Assembly: GCA_018985225.1 (NCBI GenBank)
Contig: JADGIF010000609.1
Coordinates: 1 to 6,011 of the forward strand
Reading direction: 5' to 3'
Source of the DNA: Amoeboradix gromovi X-113
Lineage: Eukaryota; Fungi; Sanchytriomycota
DNA length: 6,011 bases
The notes below the pieces were generated by a model. It was not told the origin of the DNA, did no database searches, and worked only from the letters and a program-made list of their open reading frames with translations. Below, one piece after another: positions 1-6,011 of the stretch (position 1 is its first letter; each line of letters opens with the position of its first letter). The translations under genes and the position numbers were made by a program.

Positions 1-87
1 TGCACTGGCTACGACGTGAAAGAGGATGATAGAAAGACGAGTGATTTGAGAATAGGTAGCAAAGATGATGACCGTGACATTTTGTAG
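1..87 (+). CDS. Possible 3' end of an upstream gene (partial, unknown product)
   Basis: Frame 1 is open from the window edge to TAG at 85-87 (CTGYDVKEDDRKTSDLRIGSKDDDRDIL*). It looks like a charged C-terminal tail. No family is recognisable, and the stretch is short enough to be open by chance. Confidence 0.3.
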   Translation, partial: CTGYDVKEDDRKTSDLRIGSKDDDRDIL

Positions 88-158
88 GGGATGTTCTAGT
101 TAACGATTCTAATTTTTCAGACACTTGTTTTAAAGAGTTTGTGCAGCATTTGAACAGT

Positions 159-419
159 ATGTCCCAAGTTATTCAATTGGCAAAAGAATATGAGCAGCAA
201 TCACACAGTATTCTGATATGTGATGATGACGGGCATATTATATATCAGTCTAAAAGTATACCGAATCCAAGCGCTCCATTTATAGCCTCAATAATGCATG
301 CTAGTGCTGCGCTTGTTAAAAACAGTAAAAGTCTTAGCGTATCGATATTTGGTGATCAATCTATCCATATAGCAAAGAAAAATGGATTCATATTTGCATT
401 ATATGAAAAACAAAAATAA
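159..419 (+). CDS. Ragulator LAMTOR5/HBXIP-like roadblock-fold protein (86 aa)
   Basis: The first in-frame ATG is at 159; the ORF track used GTG 141. Size and pattern match LAMTOR5 by eye: SILICDDDG vs human GVLCTDSQG, a central helix (FIASIMHASAAL vs VISVLAQQAAKL), and a C-terminal hairpin (QSIHIAKKNGFIFALYE vs GNIMIQKHDGITVAVHK). Confidence 0.65.
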   Translation: MSQVIQLAKEYEQQSHSILICDDDGHIIYQSKSIPNPSAPFIASIMHASAALVKNSKSLSVSIFGDQSIHIAKKNGFIFALYEKQK

Positions 420-477
420 ATGCAATACCGATTTGGAAAATTCCCCCAGAAACAAAGCAGCATCTTCCTACAACAAG

Positions 478-756
478 ATGCATTGTCTTTGCACTTGCTT
501 TCCTAAAACTGTATCTGTTCCCGTACCTAATTGTGAAGATTGCGATAAAACTTTTTGCCTATTGCAAACAGAATGTCTTCATTTTCAAAACAACACAGAT
601 ATCCCACAACTGAAAGGCGAATGCTTCAGTAGAGAAAGCCTTAAAGATGAGATAATTATATCTTCATTTCTTGTTATAACTTCCATCTTGCTTTTAATGT
701 CTGTAATTAAAATTTTACGAAAAAATGAAGAAAGCGTAGCTTATCAGCAAATTTAA
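478..756 (+). CDS. Small cysteine-rich single-pass membrane protein (92 aa), resembling an uncharacterised conserved fungal family
   Basis: ATG 478 avoids the overlap with the upstream gene. It has eight Cys (CxCxC...CxxC...C...C...C), then [10 protein letters not shown] directly before a hydrophobic helix ([19 protein letters not shown]) and a short tail. The CxCxCF...CF-x-R-x-S-x-KD-TM layout is recalled from fungal hypothetical proteins and was not verified by search. Confidence 0.7.
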   Translation: MHCLCTCFPKTVSVPVPNCEDCDKTFCLLQTECLHFQNNTDIPQLKGECFSRESLKDEIIISSFLVITSILLLMSVIKILRKNEESVAYQQI

Positions 757-771
757 GGTAACAAATACTTT

Positions 772-786
772 TTTATTTTCAATAAA
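772..786. terminator. Back-to-back AATAAA polyadenylation-like signals between the convergent membrane-protein gene and rac1
   Basis: AATAAA lies on + at 781-786 and on - at 777-772. Both are inside the 31-bp gap between the two stop codons. Confidence 0.4.
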
Positions 787-787
787 T

Positions 788-1388
788 TCATAATAATATG
801 CATGTTTTGCCTCCTTTCTTTGTTTTCTGTGGAGGTGCTAGTACGGCGCGGATAGCTATGTAAATAAAGAGTACCTTCATCAAAGACGTTCTTAAGCCCT
901 TTCTGTGTGAGCGCAGAACACTCCAAGTATTTGACGCTTCCTACTTCCTTGGCCATCTGCAGACCTTGCGGGTATGTGATTGGAGACATTCTCTTCTCTC
1001 TTAGTTTTTCAATCGTCTCTCTATCTTCTCTTAGATCCAGCTTGGTTCCTACCAGGATAATAGGTACTCCGGGCGCATGGTGAGATATTTCAGGATACCA
1101 TTTTGTTCGAACATTCTCAAAAGAAGGCGGGCTCACTAATGAAAAACAAATCAGAAATACATCGGTCTGAGGATACGACAATGGCCGCAATCTGTCATAG
1201 TCTTCTTGACCTGCAGTGTCCCACAGTCCAAGATTGATCGGCTTTCCATCAACCATCACATTCGCTGAGTAGTTATCAAACACTGTTGGGATATACTCAC
1301 CTGGGAACGCATTCGTCGTGTATGAAATCAGTAAGCAAGTTTTACCAACTGCTCCATCTCCAACTACCACACATTTTATAGCCTGCAT
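788..1388 (-). CDS. RAC1: Rac1 Rho-family small GTPase, 193 aa, two exons (1388-875, 855-788)
   Basis: Starts [40 protein letters not shown], the canonical Rac N-terminus, and has [28 protein letters not shown] and CSAL. Removing 874-856 gives [26 protein letters not shown], with a polybasic tail and CAAX box and TGA at 790-788. Confidence 0.97.
856..874 (-). other. 19-nt spliceosomal intron in rac1 (phase 1)
   Basis: The minus strand reads GAAG|GTACTCTTTATTTACATAG|CTATC. Excision restores the conserved FDEAIRAVL and the CILL prenylation motif. Retention gives a frameshifted, non-homologous tail. Confidence 0.93.
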
Positions 1389-3281
1389 CTTGTAAGTTAC
1401 AGGGAGATAAATTATTTTTTTGATATCCTGATTTGTAAAAGTGATTGCAACCAATTCATTCAGTCCCGCTTCTGTTGCTAAGATTTTATTGAAGTATAGA
1501 CATTGATTTTAATTAATGCTTAAATGATTTTCTCTCCCGAGATCTTTTAAAATATGTTGGGTGCCTTAAAATTTAAAGCATAATTTTTTAGTTAAATTGA
1601 AGATGAGTCGTTGCTGAATGTCAAATTAAGAATGATGATTCAGTTACTAATTGATTTCAGTTTGCATGCTGTAGAAACACATTATAAAGAATTTAGTTTT
1701 GTAAGTATCCTCATTCACAAAGGAGATGCATACATTCCAAGCTTTGTCTGAGCTGCGTACTTGTTATGACTAGCTCGTTTATTAATTCAAGAGCTCGTAA
1801 GCAATAGAATTATTGATATAGCAGAATATATAAGCAATCAAACTGAATACGAAAAGCAAATAGCTCTTAAAGCATCCCATACGGATGGCTGAGTGTCAAA
1901 CCCAACTTGAACTCATTCCGCATCATCAAGGAAACTTTTCAAACTAAGCCTTATCAAGACGATGTATAAATGTCTAGCATAGAGGTGTTTCCTAATTTTA
2001 GGACTCACTCTATCGGAAAGGAATCAACTAGAGAGTAATTTGGACACATCCCAAATGCTTCCTCTCATCTGTTTTTGTTAAATGAAAATAATCAGATTTA
2101 TTTACGCAAAAGATTAAAAATCTGTGCGATAAAATTACTATATTTTATTACGATGTAATCTTTTTCCCTTCAGATCTGCGTGTGAGGCTTAATTAAGTGC
2201 CTTAAGCTAAACTTTATCATCGATATTTATCTGATTTCCTTAAGATTAAGTGGAGTTACAGTATAATTCAACATTAGCAAATTGCTGTTGTACGGTAAAT
2301 TTAGAGCGATTTCAATTTCTCAAAATTCCTGAATATGCTGCAGTGAGAGGCGCTAATATTTTGCGACCTGCAGATCAGGCAAAAGAATTTTCCACCAGTT
2401 TTCTCTTCCGATGTTGGTGAGTTACCATTTTTGGCAGATGTTCGTTACTTTGAAGATTGCTATATTGTATTTGCATCCAGCTAATTTGGTAAACAAATGA
2501 GCCAAAATCTGTTATTCTCAATCTCGTGAGTGCTATTTTTCAAGTAGGTCTAGTTCTCCTAGTTTATACCTCAACTGTTTGGATCTCAGTGTCAAATCAA
2601 ACTGCAATTAATTTGGTGCGTTTAACTGTGATTTACCAACCGATAGATTTCCTAAATCTAATATGGTACTCAAATATTTGTTGAAGATTCAGATATTCCA
2701 AAGCCAAGGCTCAAAGCAATAAGGTGTTAACCTGTCAAATGAATCTTGTAAAATAAGCCTGTTAAAAGTAAAAATGATTTTTATTAAATTAACTCACGGT
2801 GAATAAGGAATTGCAAAACAATTGGGACATCATATAAAAACTAGACTTACTTTCTGAAATAGTTTGAATCATTATTTCGAGTGTGTATTAACCGATAGTA
2901 AATTAAATTAATCTGCTCAAGTAACTTATTTTAGTATAAAAGCTTTTCATCCATCGAAATCTTAGAAACAATGACTAATAAGAAGAGAAAACAAAAAATA
3001 AGTTATAATAAAGGTAGTACGAAAAAAAAATTAGGACAGATAAGACACTCAAAGATCTTATTTGAAAGAGATATTGGGTCATCTTGTTATATTTTAAGGA
3101 GGGAATGACATTAATGAAAGAAAATTGGTTTGAAAGAAGAAGGACTTTTATTAAGTATTTCCTCCTTATGGAGCATCTACTTTAAAAACGACTTGGTCTA
3201 GTTTTTATATTTTATGTTTGGTGTCCCATTTGCCGTAATACTCTTTGGGATAATTCCTTGCCAGATAATGAAAAAAACTCT

Positions 3282-4165
3282 TTAAAGGAATGGGTTTGTG
3301 GTTACTTTGCCATCTTTAAATCTCTGAACAATGAATTTCGAAGTCTTTTCCAAATCAACGATATTTCCCTTCTTGTATATTTTAAATCCAGATCCCACTT
3401 GATTTATAAGCATCTCACCGTTAGCAAAGTCCGAGTTGGCATCTACTTTTAAACTCGCTAATGCCGATGGATCGAAATCCTTTAAATAGCATATTAAAAA
3501 ATGAGACTCAAGAAATGGATCGACATTGTTGAACTTACAGGATCCTATTAAGCTTAATTTAATAGCATCCTCAAATTCAATCTGACTGGGTGGGACCAGA
3601 ACACCAGGAAAATCAAGTAAATCAATCCTAGGAGAATCCAAAAATCGAACCTTTTCAATCTTACGAGTAATTCCCGCAATATTGCCAGTTTTTAACTTGG
3701 ATCTGCGATTTGTGGAGTTTCGCAATTGATTGATTAAAGTACTTTTACCGGTATTTGGATATCCTACGACATGTACTAGTTGCTGTTCATAAGTATCAGA
3801 GGCATTATCTAAAACCCAGTCTACGATGTCTTTTATAGAGTGACCGTAATTTAGCTGGCGATTAGAAAAGTAAAACGCTTGATGGTATCGCTCATACAAA
3901 CTTTTTTGAGCATTTGAGCTCAGCAAATCTATTTTGTTAAATATTATTTTTTTAACCACATTACTTCCCAAAGAGTTCAAATCAGGATGACCCAAATGTT
4001 GTAGCCTAGCATCTCTAGCCTCTAACACAAAATGGAAAGTCTTTTTGTCTTTTAAAATGTCCCTAAATTCACGACGTGCCTTATGAATATGTCCAGGATA
4101 GGAGTAGCTATGTTTGTTATATAGGTTCCATGGAAACGACCAGCTTTGAGTTTTGCTAAATTGAC
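3282..4165 (-). CDS. MTG1: Mitochondrial ribosome-assembly GTPase Mtg1 / RbgA(YlqF) family; 5' end unresolved
   Basis: Circularly permuted G motifs are present: NKID (G4), GYPNTGKST (G1), GITR (G2), DFPG (G3), plus LEARDAR. The frame stays open upstream of GTG 4028 to 4202 and encodes YPGHIHKARRE, equivalent to the family's WFPGHMAK motif. There is no in-frame ATG, so the start coordinate is approximate. Confidence 0.85.
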
Positions 4166-4331
4166 CTAAAAGTGTAATTTTGTAAACAGCACAAACTCCT
4201 TGTTATAAAGTATTTCAAGCTTTACAAATTAATAGTCATGACTTCAGTAAGCTTTTGATATATTTTTTCTCAGATTAAACTCAAGTAATACAGCATTCCA
4301 TTTATTGTGTACAACGGAGCAAAGTGAAACG

Positions 4332-4640
4332 ATGGGTCGATCTGATTCTCATTTAGAAATTGATTATGACGAATTCAACGAGACAGTCCTTGAACGCATA
4401 GTAGCTTTGAAAGACATCATATCTCCAATGCGCAGATATAAGATTGAATCTGCTGCCTTCAAAACGATCGACACTGCTCGTTCTGCTGGGTTTTATTTGG
4501 GCCAATTTGGATACGTCATGGCTTCTTCCATGATATTGCTGATGCTTCCGCTAGCTTTTGAGATGCAAAAAGATGCAGATTTAAAGAGCCAGTTGCCTGA
4601 TGTCGAAAATCGTGAGTTATTGCAAGGTTTAGATGAATAA
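4332..4640 (+). CDS. TOM22: Mitochondrial import receptor subunit Tom22 (about 102 aa)
   Basis: An acidic N-terminus is followed by ETVLERIVALKDIISP, the fungal Tom22 signature (ETLxERIxALKDIxP). A TM helix with conserved Pro (GYVMASSMILLMLPLAFE) and an acidic tail follow. The first in-frame ATG is at 4332. Confidence 0.9.
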   Translation: MGRSDSHLEIDYDEFNETVLERIVALKDIISPMRRYKIESAAFKTIDTARSAGFYLGQFGYVMASSMILLMLPLAFEMQKDADLKSQLPDVENRELLQGLDE

Positions 4641-4647
4641 ATTAAAT

Positions 4648-5770
4648 TTACTTAGTTGGCCATAACTTGCATTGTTTGAAATCATCAACTACTTCCTGAA
4701 GTAATGCCGCTGTAACTTTCGGATGCTTTAATTTAAATCCTTTTCCATCAACTACTAAACCTTCAAGTTTGCTTCCATCCACAGACAAACTATGGTTATA
4801 CAACAACTCCTTGTCCAAGTATGGTGTCAATGGACCTACGTTAGTATGTTTTACTGTTGAGATCCTCTTTCTTTAATAGTTCGCTCCAAGGTTGTAAATG
4901 TTTTTCATTTACGTCTTGAACTACACTCGCCAAGTTTAATTTGGCAAACTGAGATACCATAGTACCTGCGAAAGATGTCTTAATGCCGAATAAGCTTTGT
5001 AAGATGGTATTGATACTTTCTTGGGTTGATTCACTATGGTCTACAACATTGTAGATTTCACCTTTTGCAGGATGAGTCAAATGGTATTTAGAAGTGAATA
5101 AGATTGCACTGCATACATCATCAACATGAACTGTGTTTATGGCTAAATCTCCAGACCATAGCATTTCCATAGGCTCTTGCAAATGCTGATAAACTCTGCC
5201 GATGATTAGTCGAGGAGTAATACCAGAAATATCAGCAGTGCCGTAAATAATGACAGGGCGCAAGATAACAAGATTTAAATCTAGTTTGGACAATTCCTGT
5301 TCAACCTGCAACTTAAACTCTGCTAATTTAGTCCAAGGTTTGGTTTTTGCATTCTCTTTAACTGGTTTGTCTTTAGGATCATAGACCTGAGAGGTGCTAC
5401 ATTCCAAAAATACCTTGCATTTTCCCACAGCCGCTTTACCTACACGTAAAGCTACATCATGGACCTTTTCTTGATAGACTTCATCAGATTGTCCGTATTT
5501 AGTTTCCGAAGCTAAATTAATAACTAAGTCGTATTGCTTGTCGAATACCTTTGCAACACCTGCATCCAAGCACAAGTTTGCTTGAACAAACTGGACTTTA
5601 TCTAAAGCAGCTCTATGCTTATCGTTCAACCAAGATAGAGTTGGCAATGATTTATCGACGACTTTGATATCAGAAACACCAGATTGCTGCAAATGTTCTA
5701 CTAAGTGACGACCAACAAAACCGCTACCACCCGTAATAAGAACAGACTTGAAAGGAAAAGTATCAGACAT
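4648..5770 (-). CDS. NAD(P)-binding extended/atypical SDR (NAD-dependent epimerase/dehydratase family), 367 aa, two exons (5770-4855, 4835-4648)
   Basis: Contains the Rossmann motif VLITGGSGFVG, plus VINLAS, CSTSQVY, LRPVIIYG and TVHVDDV. Removing 4854-4836 joins the two ORF-track pieces in frame: ...KKEDLN-S-PLTPYLDKELLYNHSLSVDGSKLE...WPTK*. Confidence 0.9.
4836..4854 (-). other. 19-nt spliceosomal intron in the SDR gene (phase 1) with a perfect TACTAAC branch site
   Basis: The minus strand reads AACA|GTAAAACATACTAACGTAG|GTCCA. It contains an in-frame TAA and a canonical TACTAAC abutting the 3' GTAG. Excision fuses the 309-aa and 60-aa ORFs. Confidence 0.93.
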
Positions 5771-5958
5771 TCTAATGTTTTATCTCCGACCCACGGAATT
5801 TCCCTAAAAATAGTTTTAGTGCTGGACTGTAGTCAAAGGCTACCCAAATTAAACATTTATTCGAGTAGTCGCTTAATTACTGTGCTGTTTCTACATACAT
5901 TTTCTAATGGGACTAATCTTGAATATCGCCTACATTAAATGTGAAGAATTCGAAAATC

Positions 5959-6011
5959 ATGAAGATTTCAAACCCCACACTTCTCAAGTGTAGACAACTT
6001 GGGGAGATACC
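5959..6011 (+). CDS. Possible 5' start of a gene divergent from the SDR gene (partial)
   Basis: aaaatcATG at 5959 opens MKISNPTLLKCRQLGEI... through to the window end. It is too short to identify. Confidence 0.25.
   Translation, partial: MKISNPTLLKCRQLGEI

Noticed and set aside
84-120. CTAAT...TTTTCAG acceptor-like signal upstream of the LAMTOR5-like gene
   Set aside because: The donors tested (84, 99) do not join an upstream ATG or the upstream ORF in frame to the gene. At most it is a 5' UTR intron.
382-477. N-terminal 32 codons of the 124-aa ORF overlapping the LAMTOR5-like gene
   Set aside because: It overlaps the upstream CDS and is low-complexity and not signal-peptide-like. ATG 478 directly precedes the Cys domain.
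753-1454. ORF-track 233-aa version of the Rac ORF, with an N-terminal extension and a [11 protein letters not shown]... tail
   Set aside because: The extension starts at a non-ATG codon upstream of the canonical MQAIK start (1388). The tail is read-through of the 19-nt intron and lacks a CAAX box.
1632-1892. Spliced model giving an F-box-like LSELPRLLIQEL peptide (introns 1701-1722 and 1757-1773)
   Set aside because: It needs two unverified introns of different sizes, the motif is created by the junction itself, and the frame stops soon after. It is too easy to obtain by chance.
2971-3108. 45-aa Lys-rich ORF (MTNKKRKQKISYNKGSTKKKLG...)
   Set aside because: The Lys-richness follows from A-rich DNA. 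It is short and shows no recognisable ribosomal or other family motif.
3258-3452. 64-aa + strand ORF
   Set aside because: It is antisense to the MTG1 3' end, has a TTG start and shows no recognisable features.
4740-4760. Possible in-frame 21-nt intron (GTTTAGTAGTTGATGGAAAAG, minus strand) in SDR exon 2
   Set aside because: It is not needed for the frame, has no stop and no branch-like motif, and ends in AAG. It cannot be supported without cDNA.
4648-4830. 60-aa ORF as a separate gene
   Set aside because: It is exon 2 of the SDR gene, joined in frame by the 4854-4836 intron.
5705-5938. 77-aa + strand ORF
   Set aside because: It has a GTG start, overlaps the SDR 5' end antisense and its promoter region, and has no protein-family features.
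1-6011. Alternative genetic code (TAA/TAG read as Gln), or prokaryotic features such as operons, CRISPR and IS elements
   Set aside because: TAA terminates several genes at the expected family ends and the conserved genes have no internal TAR codons after splicing. The genes are eukaryotic, and no repeat arrays, terminal inverted repeats or transposase motifs were seen.

Overview
AT-rich, very gene-dense eukaryotic nuclear DNA. It is inferred to be from an early-diverging fungus or related holomycotan with true mitochondria. The standard genetic code fits, since TAA stops fall at the expected protein ends. Supported genes: a LAMTOR5/roadblock-like protein (+), a small Cys-rich single-pass membrane protein (+), Rac1 GTPase (-), an Mtg1/RbgA-type circularly permuted GTPase (-), Tom22 (+) and an atypical extended-SDR/NAD-dependent epimerase (-). 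The main discovery is two 19-nt GT-AG introns, in rac1 and the SDR gene. Each is required to restore a conserved C-terminus, and they share the architecture GTA-N5-TAYTWACRTAG with the putative branch A at -6. This points to a spliceosome working near the smallest known intron sizes. A gap of about 1.9 kb (1389-3281) with no convincing long ORF is out of character for this genome and may hide a gene fragmented by micro-introns.
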